The notes: a model not told the origin generated them from the sequence alone. A stretch of DNA of 64,000 nucleotides from a virus (IMGVR_UViG_3300044730_001993:1-64000), one strand, 5' to 3'. Counted from the first letter of the stretch, positions 40,533 to 50,667 are shown. Translations and numbers: made by a program.

Positions 40533-42488
40533 TTACACCGGCCGGAGCGATGCCCCGCCCTTGAGAAGCCACGTTACACCAACCTGCGCCTTCACGCGAA
40601 TACCGCCGCAGAAATCCGACGGCAAGAAATCGGTGCTCACCGTACCGCTCGCCACGGACGGAATCGTGCCCGTGGTGCGGCCCGCGCACGCGGCCACGAG
40701 GTCGGCGTCAGAGAGTTCGGTGGAGTACGTTCGTACTTCGCCGATGAGCGCCGACACGAGCGGGTAGAACGTGGGCGAGTACGCGCGCGTCGAACCGATG
40801 TCGTACGTGTCCGCGCTTGTGGGCGCGGTGTACGTTCCAGCGAGAGCAGCGATCGTCTGCACCGCGCCGCCGCTGACGGAGTAGCGGACCGACTTGTCGG
40901 CCTTGACAACGATCGCGATCACGTAGGCCGATGACACGGTGAAATCGCTGCCAGTGAGCGCGACCTCCGCGGATGCGTTCAGACCCGCGAGATAGAGGCG
41001 CACTTGCCTGCGAGCGCCAGCGTTGTTGCCGACCGCGATATACCACCCTCTTACGCCCGCCGTCGCATTGTGGGCAGCGATGATTTCTTGCCCGGTCGGC
41101 GTGGCGTTAGGATAGATGCACACGACGATCGACTGCCCCGGCCCGAACGCGGGCACCACCGCGGCGGCGCTCGCGGTGGCGTAGTCAGCCGCCGCCCAGC
41201 CCGTCGCCGACTCGCCGCCCATGTAGAACGCCGTTGCGTTGTAGAGATTGAGCCACCCCGCGACGCCGCCAGACGGTGCCACCCATGCGGGGATGCCACC
41301 GCTCACGGTCAACACTTGCCCCGCGGTGCCCACTCCGAGACGCAGCGGCGTACCGCCAGCGTTCGCGTAGAGCATATCGCCCGCGGTTGTCATCGGGTTC
41401 GTGAGCGCGGTCGACGTTTGCCACGTCGCCGTACCACCCGACACGGTGAGAACTTGCCCGACGGTGCCGATGCCGAGCCTACCAGCGGCACCGGATACGC
41501 CGCCGACGATCAGATCGCCGACCGTTGTCATCGGGCTCACGAACGCAGGCGCCGCCCACGAGGGCGCCCCACCGGACACGGTGAGCACTTGCCCCGCAGA
41601 ACCGATCCCGAGCCGTTGCTGCGCGCCGCTCACGCCGCCCGTGATGACGTCGCCGAGCGTAGTCATCGGGTTCGCTTGAATCGTGACGGTTTGCCACGAC
41701 GGGGCGCCCGAAATGTACTTGAGAAACTGCCCCTCGGAGCCGCCCGCGAGTCGCGTCGGCACCCCGAGAGTGCCGCCGTAGATCGTGTCGCCAGCGGTGG
41801 TCATCGGGTTGACGAGTGCCACGAACGTTGCCCACGCAGCGGTGCCACCGGCCACGGTGAGAACTTGCCCGTTCACGCCGATTGCGAGTCGCCCCGCCGC
41901 TCCGCTCACGCCGCCGAGAACGAGGTCGCCCGCGGCGTTCATCGGGTTCGCGAACCCGACTGCCGCAGCCCACGCGGGAGCGACACCAGCGCCGCCCGCG
42001 GTGAGAACGTAGCCCGCGGTGCCCGCGGCGAGGCGCGTCGCTACGCCACTCGCACCGCCGTAGATCGTGTCGCCGACGCTGTTCATCGGGTTGGTGAGCG
42101 CGGTCGTCCATGCGAGCGCGCCGCCCGTGACGCCGAGCACTTGACCGTTCGTGCCGATTGCGAAACGTGTCGGCGTGCCCAATGCTCCGCCCGCGAGAAG
42201 GTCGCCAGCCGTGGTCATGGGGTTCGCGAAGCCCACCGCCGCAGACCACGCAGGCACGCCCGACTTGACGGTCAACACGTAGTCGCTCGCGCCGATGGCA
42301 AGGCGCTGCCACGCGGATGCGCCGCGCGCGAGAAGGTCGCCCGTCGCTTGCGATGCAATCGTAAGGTTGCTGGTCTGCGTGGCGATCGTGCCCGTACCCG
42401 AGCCCGTCGTGTCGCCCGTGAGCGTGACGGTGCTGCCAACGCCGCCGTTGTACGACCCCTCGATGATTTGCGTGCCGCAGGTAATCAT
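40533..42488 (-). CDS. Short repeat fibre protein (about 8 NPMTTAGD-type units) with a LamG/ConA-like tip
   Basis: About 43-aa repeats. The C-terminal beta-sandwich ends IGEVRTYSTELS. Confidence 0.8.
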   Translation of the reverse strand: MITCGTQIIEGSYNGGVGSTVTLTGDTTGSGTGTIATQTSNLTIASQATGDLLARGASAWQRLAIGASDYVLTVKSGVPAWSAAVGFANPMTTAGDLLAGGALGTPTRFAIGTNGQVLGVTGGALAWTTALTNPMNSVGDTIYGGASGVATRLAAGTAGYVLTAGGAGVAPAWAAAVGFANPMNAAGDLVLGGVSGAAGRLAIGVNGQVLTVAGGTAAWATFVALVNPMTTAGDTIYGGTLGVPTRLAGGSEGQFLKYISGAPSWQTVTIQANPMTTLGDVITGGVSGAQQRLGIGSAGQVLTVSGGAPSWAAPAFVSPMTTVGDLIVGGVSGAAGRLGIGTVGQVLTVSGGTATWQTSTALTNPMTTAGDMLYANAGGTPLRLGVGTAGQVLTVSGGIPAWVAPSGGVAGWLNLYNATAFYMGGESATGWAAADYATASAAAVVPAFGPGQSIVVCIYPNATPTGQEIIAAHNATAGVRGWYIAVGNNAGARRQVRLYLAGLNASAEVALTGSDFTVSSAYVIAIVVKADKSVRYSVSGGAVQTIAALAGTYTAPTSADTYDIGSTRAYSPTFYPLVSALIGEVRTYSTELSDADLVAACAGRTTGTIPSVASGTVSTDFLPSDFCGGIRVKAQVGVTWLLKGGASLRPV

Positions 42489-42703
42489 ACGCCGCCAGCC
42501 TCGGTCGACCAGCAGCCCGCGACGGGAGCGTCGTTGTCGCAGCGTGTCACCGCCACGAATCGCTCGACGAGCACGCCGGGGCGCATCACGTCGATCGTCA
42601 AGGTGTCGGCGTCAATCACTTCGACAACGTGCGCCGTGCACCGCTCAAGATCCGACGAGAGCGGCCTCGCGAGGTAGAAGAGAACGTGGTCCGTCGTACG
42701 CAT
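42485..42703 (-). CDS. Small protein between the two fibre genes
   Basis: Overlaps both neighbours. AHVVEV...LTIDV...GCW. Confidence 0.55.
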   Translation of the reverse strand: MRTTDHVLFYLARPLSSDLERCTAHVVEVIDADTLTIDVMRPGVLVERFVAVTRCDNDAPVAGCWSTEAGGV

Positions 42704-45700
42704 CAGAGCGCCTCCACGGTGCAGTTGTCGAACGTCATCGTGACGGTGCCGCCCGCGGACGGATTCTGAGCCATCAGCACCACAAGGTCCCATCCCTTCG
42801 TATCGAACGGAGAGTACGCGAAGACGGCGCCGCAGGATCGAAAATCGCTATCCGACGGCCTCGCTCCACCAGTCCCTCGCGCAAACGCGAACACCAGCGT
42901 GCCTCCGTCCGCAGTAAGTTGGGTCCAGTCGTTTCCGTCGTAGAGCGGCGGCGACGCGGGCGTGCCGCTCGTGATCGCGGCGGCGGTCACAAAATTCTGC
43001 GAACCGATCGTGGTCCCCGCGTAGTACATCCCGTACTTCGACGCAGCCGACCCCGTATTCTCTAACGTAACGCACGGCGTCGTTCCGCCAGTTTTGCCGC
43101 TGAACGAGGCGAGCCGGAGCGTGACTCTGAATCGTGAGGCGACAACGCCGGTCGGCATCGGCACGCGCACGCGCGGAGCGGTGTACGTCCCGCTTGCGTA
43201 GCCTGCGGTGACGCCCGCCCCGATCGACAGCGTGACGACGCTGGCCGACGTGATGGTCGCGGTGCCGTTGCCGTTCGTCGCGGCGCCAGTCGTCCAGTTG
43301 ATCGTATACGTTGTCGTGCCAGTGGCCGACCACGACGGAGCAACGCCAGCGCCACCAGACGTAAGCACGTATCCCGCGGTGCCCGCCGCGAGCCGCGTGG
43401 GCGCCCCCGAGGCGCCGCCGACGATCAGATCACCGACGGTCGTCATGGGGTTCGTGAGCGCGGAGAACGTGGCCCACGCGGGCACGCTGCTCACGATCTG
43501 GAGTACCTGCCCTTCGGTGCCCACGGCGAGTCGAGCGGGCACGCCCGACGCGCCACCTTGAATAAGGTCACCGACGGTGGTCATCGGGTTCGTGAGCCCC
43601 GCAGCCCACGTCACCGTCGTGCCGTTCGATGCGAGGAACGTTCCGTTCGCTCCGATGCCGAGTCGCGCCGGAGCGCCGGAAACACCGCCGACGATCACGT
43701 CGCCGTCGGTCGTCATGGGGTTCGCGAAGCCCACGGGTGCCGCCCACGACGGTACGCCAGCGGCGAGCGTGAGCACGTTTCCGTTCGAGCCAGCCGCGAG
43801 ACGCGTGGGCACGCCGCTCACGCCGCCGTACAGCGTGTCCCCCGTCGTGGTCATGGGGTTCGAGAGACCCGCCGCCCACGACACGGCGGACCCGTTCGAC
43901 GCGAGGAACGTCCCGTTCGCTCCGATCGCGAGGCGCGTTGCGGCGCCGGAGACGCCGCCGACGATCACGTCGCCTGCCGTGGTCATCGGGTTAGCGAAGC
44001 CCACTGGCGCAGCCCACGCGGGCGCCCCACCGGACACGGTGAGAACCTGCCCCGACGTGCCGATACCGAGGCGTTGCTGCGCGCCGCTCACGCCGCCCGT
44101 GATAACGTCGCCGAGCGTTGTCATCGGGTTCGCTTGAATCGTGACAGTCTGCCACGATGGCGTGCCCGAAACGTACTTGAGAAACTGCCCCTCGGAGCCG
44201 CCCGCGAGCCGCGCCGGAGCACCACTCACGCCGCCAGCGATCATATCGCCCGCGGTTGTCATGGGGTTGACGAGCGCCGTGAACGTTGCCCACGCAGCGG
44301 TGCCACCGCTCACGGTCAACACTTGCCCTGCGGTGCCGATCCCGAGCCGCCCCGCTGCGCCCGAGACGCCGCCGAGCACGAGGTCGCCCGCGGTGGTCAT
44401 CGGGTTCGTGTACGGCGTCGCCCACGACGGCACGCCGCCAGCGATCGTGAGCACTTGCCCGGTGCTCCCGACGGCGAGGCGCGTCGGAGCGCCAGCGGTG
44501 CCGCCGTAGATCGTGTCACCTTCGGCGTTCATCGGGTTCGAGAGCACGGTCGTCCATGCGAGCGCGCCGCCCGTGACCCCGAGTACCTCGCCGTTCGAGC
44601 CGATGCCGAGTCGAGTGGGAGTGCCCGATGAACCGCCCGCGATCAAGTCGCCCGCGGTGGTCATCGGGTTCGCGAACCCGACCGCCGACGCCCACGCCGC
44701 GGTGCCGCCAGCGACGGTGAGAACCTGCCCCGCAGAACCGATCGCGAGTCGGCCCGCGGCGCCGGAAACGCCGCCGAGCACGAGGTCGCCCGCGGTGGTC
44801 ATCGGGTTCGTGTACGGCGTCGCCCACGAAGGCACGCCTGCCGCGAGCGTGAGAACTTGACCGTTCGTGCCCACGGCGAGTCGCGTCGGGGCGCCCGCGG
44901 TGCCCCCGTAGATTGTATCCCCGACGGAGTTCATCGGGTTCGTGAGCGCGGAGAACGTCGCCCACGCGGCGGTGCCGCCGCTCACGGTGAGCACTTGCCC
45001 CGCCGTGCCGATGCCGAGTCGCCCCGCCGCTCCGCTCACGCCGCCGAGCACGAGGTCGCCCGCGGTGGTCATCGGGTTCGTGTACGGCGTCGCCCACGAC
45101 GGAACACCCGCGGCGATCGTGAGCACTTGCCCGGTGCTCCCGACGGCAAGGCGTGTCGGCGCACCCGCGGTGCCGCCGTAGATCGTGTCACCCACGGCGT
45201 TCATCGGGTTCGTGAGTGCGCTGAACGTCACCCACGCGGGGGCACCCGCGTTGACCGTCAACACTTGCCCCGCGGTGCCGATCGCGAGTCGCGTCGCTGC
45301 GCCCGACGAACCGCCTGCGATCAGGTCGCCCGCCGTGGTCATCGGGTTCGCGAAGCCAACCGCTGCGGCCCACGCCGGGGCAACGCCCGCGCCACCCGCG
45401 GTGAGAACGTACCCCGCGGTGCCCGCGGCAAGCCGCGTCGCTACGCCGCTCGCACCGCCGTAGATCGTGTCGCCGACGCTGTTCATCGGGTTGGCGAAGC
45501 CGACCGCGGACGCCCACGCAGGCACGCCCGACTTGACCGTGAGCACGTAGTTCTCGGTGCCCACCGCGAGGCGCGTGGCCGTGCCGCTCACGCCACCCGC
45601 GATCAAGTCGCCGGGGTCCGTCATCGGGTTCGTGAAACCCGCCGCAGCGGCCCACGCTGGCACGCCCGCGGTGACGGTGAGAACCTGCCCGTTCACGCCG

Positions 45701-45897
45701 ATTGCGAGGCGTTGCCACGCCGACGCTCCGCGTGCGAGGATGTCACCCGTCGCCTGCGATGCAATCGTGAGGTTGCTGGTCTGCGTGGCGATCGTGCCCG
45801 TACCCGAGCCCGTCGTGTCGCCCGTGAGCGTGACGGTGCTACCGCCGCCACCGCCGTTGTACGACCCCTCGATGATTTGCGTGCCGCAGGTAATCAC
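42703..45897 (-). CDS. Long repeat fibre protein (about 18 NPMTTAGD-type units)
   Basis: 17 NPM repeats plus one degenerate unit. N-terminus nearly identical to 40533..42488, different tip domain. Confidence 0.85.
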   Translation of the reverse strand: MITCGTQIIEGSYNGGGGGSTVTLTGDTTGSGTGTIATQTSNLTIASQATGDILARGASAWQRLAIGVNGQVLTVTAGVPAWAAAAGFTNPMTDPGDLIAGGVSGTATRLAVGTENYVLTVKSGVPAWASAVGFANPMNSVGDTIYGGASGVATRLAAGTAGYVLTAGGAGVAPAWAAAVGFANPMTTAGDLIAGGSSGAATRLAIGTAGQVLTVNAGAPAWVTFSALTNPMNAVGDTIYGGTAGAPTRLAVGSTGQVLTIAAGVPSWATPYTNPMTTAGDLVLGGVSGAAGRLGIGTAGQVLTVSGGTAAWATFSALTNPMNSVGDTIYGGTAGAPTRLAVGTNGQVLTLAAGVPSWATPYTNPMTTAGDLVLGGVSGAAGRLAIGSAGQVLTVAGGTAAWASAVGFANPMTTAGDLIAGGSSGTPTRLGIGSNGEVLGVTGGALAWTTVLSNPMNAEGDTIYGGTAGAPTRLAVGSTGQVLTIAGGVPSWATPYTNPMTTAGDLVLGGVSGAAGRLGIGTAGQVLTVSGGTAAWATFTALVNPMTTAGDMIAGGVSGAPARLAGGSEGQFLKYVSGTPSWQTVTIQANPMTTLGDVITGGVSGAQQRLGIGTSGQVLTVSGGAPAWAAPVGFANPMTTAGDVIVGGVSGAATRLAIGANGTFLASNGSAVSWAAGLSNPMTTTGDTLYGGVSGVPTRLAAGSNGNVLTLAAGVPSWAAPVGFANPMTTDGDVIVGGVSGAPARLGIGANGTFLASNGTTVTWAAGLTNPMTTVGDLIQGGASGVPARLAVGTEGQVLQIVSSVPAWATFSALTNPMTTVGDLIVGGASGAPTRLAAGTAGYVLTSGGAGVAPSWSATGTTTYTINWTTGAATNGNGTATITSASVVTLSIGAGVTAGYASGTYTAPRVRVPMPTGVVASRFRVTLRLASFSGKTGGTTPCVTLENTGSAASKYGMYYAGTTIGSQNFVTAAAITSGTPASPPLYDGNDWTQLTADGGTLVFAFARGTGGARPSDSDFRSCGAVFAYSPFDTKGWDLVVLMAQNPSAGGTVTMTFDNCTVEAL

Positions 45898-45900
45898 TCG

Positions 45901-46503
45901 TCAGTCGTCCGATCGCGCCGCATCGTCGAGGAGTTTGGACACGCCATCGCGCAGTCGCTCCTCCCACGCGCCCGTGAGCGTGCGGACGACCGAGAGGGCC
46001 TGCACCGTGTCGGCCGCAGCGGCGAGCGTCGACCCGGACGCGTGGTCGTCGCGCGAGGTCACGAGCACGCACCGCGGCCCGCGGCCCATCGACGCGAGCA
46101 CGCTCAGACCGGAGACGCCGTGACCGAGCGTGAGGTCCGAAATAACCACCGCGGCGCGCACCTCGCTCCATACGGCGGCGGCGTTTTCGAGCGACGCAAC
46201 GACGTGCGCGTGCGCACCGAGCATCGTGAGCGTCGAGGCGCACGTCGGATCGTCGGTGACCGCGTGCAGCGGCACACCGAGCGGCGCGAGCAGCGCCACC
46301 AGCGCGCAGAGCGCGGGCGGAGAGTCGTCGATAATCATGATGCTGCGACGAAGTTCGTGATCGCAGAGCCACGCTCGCAGGTGCGCGGTGAGGTCCGCGG
46401 TCTGCGATGCGAGTTCGTTCATGTGGTACGCCAGTCCGCGCATCAGTTCGCCCGCGAACGACGGCGAAGGCCCGTCGATTGGCGTGATAACGGAGTTCAT
46501 CAT
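45901..46503 (-). CDS. Response-regulator receiver-domain protein
   Basis: IMIIDDS...VVISDLTLGHGVSGLSVL...VLVTS. The conserved KP lysine appears to be missing. Confidence 0.7.
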   Translation of the reverse strand: MMNSVITPIDGPSPSFAGELMRGLAYHMNELASQTADLTAHLRAWLCDHELRRSIMIIDDSPPALCALVALLAPLGVPLHAVTDDPTCASTLTMLGAHAHVVASLENAAAVWSEVRAAVVISDLTLGHGVSGLSVLASMGRGPRCVLVTSRDDHASGSTLAAAADTVQALSVVRTLTGAWEERLRDGVSKLLDDAARSDD

Positions 46504-46829
46504 CGGACGACCACCCGAGCTACCGTCGCCGCGACTACGCCGAAAATGACGCTCACCAGAGCGGCGAGCGCGATGGCCTGCGAGCGCGTGGCTTCCAACT
46601 CGCGCAGCCGTCGCTCCACGTCATCGCGCAGCCGACGATCGATCTCCGCGCGCCACGTAGCGATATCGTCGAGTCGCGTGATGATTCTCGCCGTGACACC
46701 CTCCAGAGCGGTGTTCGCGCGCGATTGCTCCTTCGCGATTTCCGCCACGGAGCGATTGAGCGCCTCGATGCCGCCGAGGATCACTCGGCGGTGCTCCGCC
46801 CAGCTATCGCTGTCACTTGGATTCGCCAC
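46500..46829 (-). CDS. Coiled-coil protein with a C-terminal TM (holin/XhlA-like architecture)
   Basis: Heptad helix followed by AIALAALVSVIFGVVAATVA. Confidence 0.55.
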   Translation of the reverse strand: MANPSDSDSWAEHRRVILGGIEALNRSVAEIAKEQSRANTALEGVTARIITRLDDIATWRAEIDRRLRDDVERRLRELEATRSQAIALAALVSVIFGVVAATVARVVVR

Positions 46830-47259
46830 AGATCACTCCTCTCGCGACAGCGTAACCGTCGTGCCACGGGCTGATGCGCCACGCGATGCGTGACGGCGTT
46901 ACACCATCTGCGTGCCGATACACATTCTCGAAACGTTCGACCCCGCGGTTCTCTGCGACGTTCGACGCCACAACGTCGTGTGAACTCGCCACGTCATCCG
47001 CCGACGCGAGGTAGCGCGACCACGGAGTCCCCTCGACTGCCTGCGCCTCGTAGCCGAGCCGCGCCCACCCGCCGCCGCCGACCGCGATAAAATGCGTGGT
47101 CGACACGAGGCAGTGCAGGATGTGATCGTCGGCGAGCGCCCACGACGCCGCGAGCGCCCAGCGCATCGCGGGAGGCGACGCGAGGTCGACGAGCGCGCAG
47201 AGGGCGCGGTCGATCTCCGCGAGCGTTGCGGCGGTGAGCGGTTCGGCGTCCAGACTCAT
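46813..47259 (-). CDS. PAS-domain protein
   Basis: FIAV...WARLGYEAQAVEGTPWSRYL..DD...FENVYRHADG....IAW. Confidence 0.7.
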   Translation of the reverse strand: MSLDAEPLTAATLAEIDRALCALVDLASPPAMRWALAASWALADDHILHCLVSTTHFIAVGGGGWARLGYEAQAVEGTPWSRYLASADDVASSHDVVASNVAENRGVERFENVYRHADGVTPSRIAWRISPWHDGYAVARGVICGESK

Positions 47260-47585
47260 TGCCCGCCCGCCTCGATTGAGAGCGTGGTCCCGAGCGTCGA
47301 TGTGAACGTCATGCGAAACGTCGTGATCGGCTCATCGCTCCCGTCGATCGTCGGAAGCGATGCGCCCGCCGCCACCGGCACCGCCGTGATCGCCACCGCC
47401 GCGCCGAACAGCGTGCCGTTCGGAGACGATGCGACGGAGAGCGCCGTCAACGGGTTCGCGCCCGTGTTCGCGACGACGATGTTCCAGTTCGTCGCGTTGT
47501 TGATCGGCACGTCGAGCGTGCGCGGCGTCGCCGCTGCGAGCACGAGCGTCGTGGTGTAGTAGCACGTTCGCGACGGGTTCGGCAC
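47256..47585 (-). CDS. Small beta-rich protein, likely virion-associated
   Basis: T/A/V-rich alternating strands. Confidence 0.5.
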   Translation of the reverse strand: MPNPSRTCYYTTTLVLAAATPRTLDVPINNATNWNIVVANTGANPLTALSVASSPNGTLFGAAVAITAVPVAAGASLPTIDGSDEPITTFRMTFTSTLGTTLSIEAGGQ

Positions 47586-47588
47586 GGG

Positions 47589-48704
47589 TCACTCCCTCGT
47601 CTTGGCGTTCGCGAACATCGTCCGCGCGGCGAGCGCGAGGAGTTCTTCGTTGACGTGGTTCGCAGGGTTGAACGTGCCCATCGGCACGCGGTATTTCTTG
47701 AAGAGTCGCGTCACGAGGCGCCGCTGACGGTCCGGCGACAACGCGAAGAACTGACTCGTCGCCACCATGCCAGCGCGCTTGAGAAACGACCCCTCGTCGG
47801 CCCACTGGCGCGGGATTTGGCGCTTACGCTGCGACCTCGTGAGCGGGAGTCCAGACCTCGCCATGTCCTTGCGCGAGTCGCGAATGCGTTTCTGGAAACC
47901 GCGCTTCGAGTAGCGGTCGGGGTGAAACGACGCCTCTCGCTCGATCCAGACGCTCCAGCAGTGGTTGCGCACGGCGCGGATCGCCTGCTCGACCTGATAG
48001 CGCGACTCCAGTTCGGTGATCGCGCGGAGGTGCTTCGGGAGCGCGCGACGCACCGCATCAGTGAGCGCGTAGAAATCGCCATCCTCGCCCGAGTCGGTCC
48101 ACGCGGCGACGAGTTTCTCCAGTCGCTTCGGCGCGATCTTCGAGTTGACGCAGCACGGCGACGATCCCTCACGGTGAGGGAAGGGCATATCGTCGGCGAG
48201 GTCCATCGGGTGCACGCCCATGCGCTTCGCGTCGGCCTCGATCATGCTCGTGTACCCGCGCATCTCCGCCGTGAACGACGGCGTGTCGGGGCAGAGTTTG
48301 TCCTTCGCGTGGCGCATCCTCGCGCGAACGACCGAGCGCGGCACGGGCGTTTCGATCCCGCCCTTTCCCATGTGGGTGCGCACGATGAACGACGATTGGC
48401 ACCTGTACGCCTTGCCGCGTCGCCCGTGCTGGAAGATCGTTTCGCCGAGCGGCGTCGCGCAGCCGATGACCATCGACGGCGAGGGGTCACCGCGCAGCGT
48501 CACCTCGCGACCGATCAGCTTCGACTTGCACCTGTACGGCGTGCCCGCCGACTGCGTGAGCCACGGCTTCGGCACGCGACCGGGCTTCCAACCGCAGGCT
48601 TTACACAGCCCCGTCTCGCACTCGCGGTGTTCGTGCTTGGCGGCGCGCTTCGCTGCGCGGGCATCGTTTCGGAGAGCGCGGCGGGCGCGACGTTTGGCGG
48701 GCAT
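47589..48704 (-). CDS. Basic Cys-containing hypothetical protein with RRALRND leader
   Basis: 371 aa. TGTAACGT box 6 nt before the ATG. Confidence 0.65.
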   Translation of the reverse strand: MPAKRRARRALRNDARAAKRAAKHEHRECETGLCKACGWKPGRVPKPWLTQSAGTPYRCKSKLIGREVTLRGDPSPSMVIGCATPLGETIFQHGRRGKAYRCQSSFIVRTHMGKGGIETPVPRSVVRARMRHAKDKLCPDTPSFTAEMRGYTSMIEADAKRMGVHPMDLADDMPFPHREGSSPCCVNSKIAPKRLEKLVAAWTDSGEDGDFYALTDAVRRALPKHLRAITELESRYQVEQAIRAVRNHCWSVWIEREASFHPDRYSKRGFQKRIRDSRKDMARSGLPLTRSQRKRQIPRQWADEGSFLKRAGMVATSQFFALSPDRQRRLVTRLFKKYRVPMGTFNPANHVNEELLALAARTMFANAKTRE

Positions 48705-48760
48705 ACGGCGACGTTACACGATTGCGCGGAGCGGCGCTACGGGGAACGTGCGGCGTTTAT

Positions 48761-49816
48761 TCAGCTACGGAGACGATTGCGACTCGACCCGTTCTTCGCG
48801 GCCTTGCGCCTCCGCTGCGGCGCGGGCTTGCCATACGCCGCGAGTTCCGCCTGAGCGGAGCGAACGAGCGATCGAACGTCCGAGGGGACCGGCACGCCCG
48901 CCGCCTCCCGCGCCGCCACGTCGTTGAGGAAATCCTGTGATAGTTCGGCGTACAAGTCGTCCATCTTCTCACGCTTCGGCCCGCGCGACACGGTGAACGA
49001 ACCCATCGAAATGAGGCGAGGAGCCGTCGCGACGGGCGGCACGCCGTGGCGGCGCTGCGCCTCTTGCAGAAGGCCGTTGAGACTGGAGTCCATCGCGCGC
49101 CACTCGCGACGTTTCTTGCCCTTCGCCAGAATCGACGGCGCTCGCCAGAAGCCCACGTCGCCGACGAAGATGCTCCCGTCACGGCGACGATAGAGCGAGA
49201 GTTCGTCGTGAACGCCCCACCCGTGTTTGCGCTCGATCGCGAGCAACTGGCCCTCCAGTTCGGCGTACTCCGTGCCCGTCATCGTCTGGAGCGGCTCGCC
49301 GTACTCGCGCACGAGCGCAGGCGTGCCGCCGTCGAGTTCCACGTAGGTCGTGCGCGGGATGATGCTGTACCCGAGACTCGCGAGTTCGTTCGCGATGCCC
49401 GCCTCTTGCCGAAGGTTGCGCGTCTGTTCGTCGCGCATCCACGGTCGGCCATGAACGTTCGTCGCCGTCGCCAGCTTGACGACGCGCGGAGCATCGTCAG
49501 CCTCGATCTTGTACGCCGCGCCGAAGTTGCCAGAACCGAGCGGCTCGACGTAGCCGTACTGGCGCTTGCCGTCGCGGGTGAACGAGTACGATTGCGGCGC
49601 CAGTTTCAGTCGCGAGGCGATGCGAGCAGCCTCCGCGGTGTCGGGCCGTTTCCAGTGGTCACGGGACACGCGCGGCGGGTAGGTGATCGTGCGGGTGTTT
49701 CTGCGATCGTAGGCATCGTCGCCTTCGCCGACGCGCTCCACGTAGTCTTCGTCGCGGTATCGCTCCGCACGAAGCGGGTTGCGCGCACACGATCGGGTGT
49801 CCCGTCGAGGCTTCAT
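48761..49816 (-). CDS. Atypical protein-kinase-fold protein with tags at both ends
   Basis: LGSGNFGAAY, VVKL, QEAGI, LVREY, VHDEL, FVGDVG. N-terminal RSCARNP and C-terminal RRKAAKNG. Confidence 0.7.
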   Translation of the reverse strand: MKPRRDTRSCARNPLRAERYRDEDYVERVGEGDDAYDRRNTRTITYPPRVSRDHWKRPDTAEAARIASRLKLAPQSYSFTRDGKRQYGYVEPLGSGNFGAAYKIEADDAPRVVKLATATNVHGRPWMRDEQTRNLRQEAGIANELASLGYSIIPRTTYVELDGGTPALVREYGEPLQTMTGTEYAELEGQLLAIERKHGWGVHDELSLYRRRDGSIFVGDVGFWRAPSILAKGKKRREWRAMDSSLNGLLQEAQRRHGVPPVATAPRLISMGSFTVSRGPKREKMDDLYAELSQDFLNDVAAREAAGVPVPSDVRSLVRSAQAELAAYGKPAPQRRRKAAKNGSSRNRLRS

Positions 49817-50667
49817 CGCGACCCGCGCCTCGCGTGACTGCGATGCGGTTCGCTGCGACTCACGTAGGCGATCGCCTCGACGCGGCCCGTATCGAACTTG
49901 TGCCACTGAAACGAGAGCGCCACGTCTTCGACTTGCGCAGGCGAGAACGGGTCGTCGGCGTTCGATTGAGCGAGGTAGATTGCCGTGCGACCGCTATCGT
50001 GCATGAACGTGTGCGAGTCGATGACGGAGCCCCACTCGTATCCGTGTCGCGCGAGGATCTCACCGCACTTCGCGAGCGCGGCACCGATCGAACGGAACAG
50101 TGGCTTGCCGCCGACGTGCTCCGCGAGTTCACCGTTGATCGCCTCGGCGACGTGCTCCGGCATCGAACTACGAACGTGGATCTCTCCGCGCGTGGCGGGT
50201 CGCCTCGTCGCTGCGCCTCGCCCGTTCTTCTCCGCCTCGCGCCCCACGACGGCGGGCACCGGGGGCACCTCGCCGACGAGCCCCTCGCGCGAGGCGAACG
50301 TGCCCTCTTCGCGCACATCGAACTGGTCTACCGGGCCGTGAAGCCACGCGGGGTCCGCGTACTCCGCTTGACGGTAGATGCGCACGTCGGAACCGCGCCA
50401 GTGCACGCGAGGGGCGAGCGCGGCGTTGTAGACCGCGACGGTGCGACCGCGCTCCTTGATGACGAGCACCGACACGCCGTAGCGCGGAACGTGGCGCTTG
50501 ACGCCCTTGAGCCACTGTTCGATGCCGCGCCACGCACTCGCGCGCGAGAACTTCTCGGTCCACGGCCACGCATCTTCGCCCCCGTCGGGGTAGGTCACGT
50601 CGAACGTGACTGTTCGTGCGGGAGCGGGGTTGTGAGCGGACGGACGTGTGACTCGTCGAGAGTTCAT
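49813..50667 (-). CDS. Two-module hypothetical protein with RPSAHNP leader and AEKNGR linker
   Basis: The tag separates two globular segments. Confidence 0.65.
   Translation of the reverse strand: MNSRRVTRPSAHNPAPARTVTFDVTYPDGGEDAWPWTEKFSRASAWRGIEQWLKGVKRHVPRYGVSVLVIKERGRTVAVYNAALAPRVHWRGSDVRIYRQAEYADPAWLHGPVDQFDVREEGTFASREGLVGEVPPVPAVVGREAEKNGRGAATRRPATRGEIHVRSSMPEHVAEAINGELAEHVGGKPLFRSIGAALAKCGEILARHGYEWGSVIDSHTFMHDSGRTAIYLAQSNADDPFSPAQVEDVALSFQWHKFDTGRVEAIAYVSRSEPHRSHARRGSR

Noticed and set aside
40533-45897. Periodic GTCATCGGGTT repeats resembling a CRISPR array
   Set aside because: They are codons of the NPMT protein repeat. The intervening sequences are homologous to each other and no cas genes are present.
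41004-46893. Long repetitive plus-strand ORFs (GHRVRE repeats)
   Set aside because: Antisense reading of the fibre repeats.
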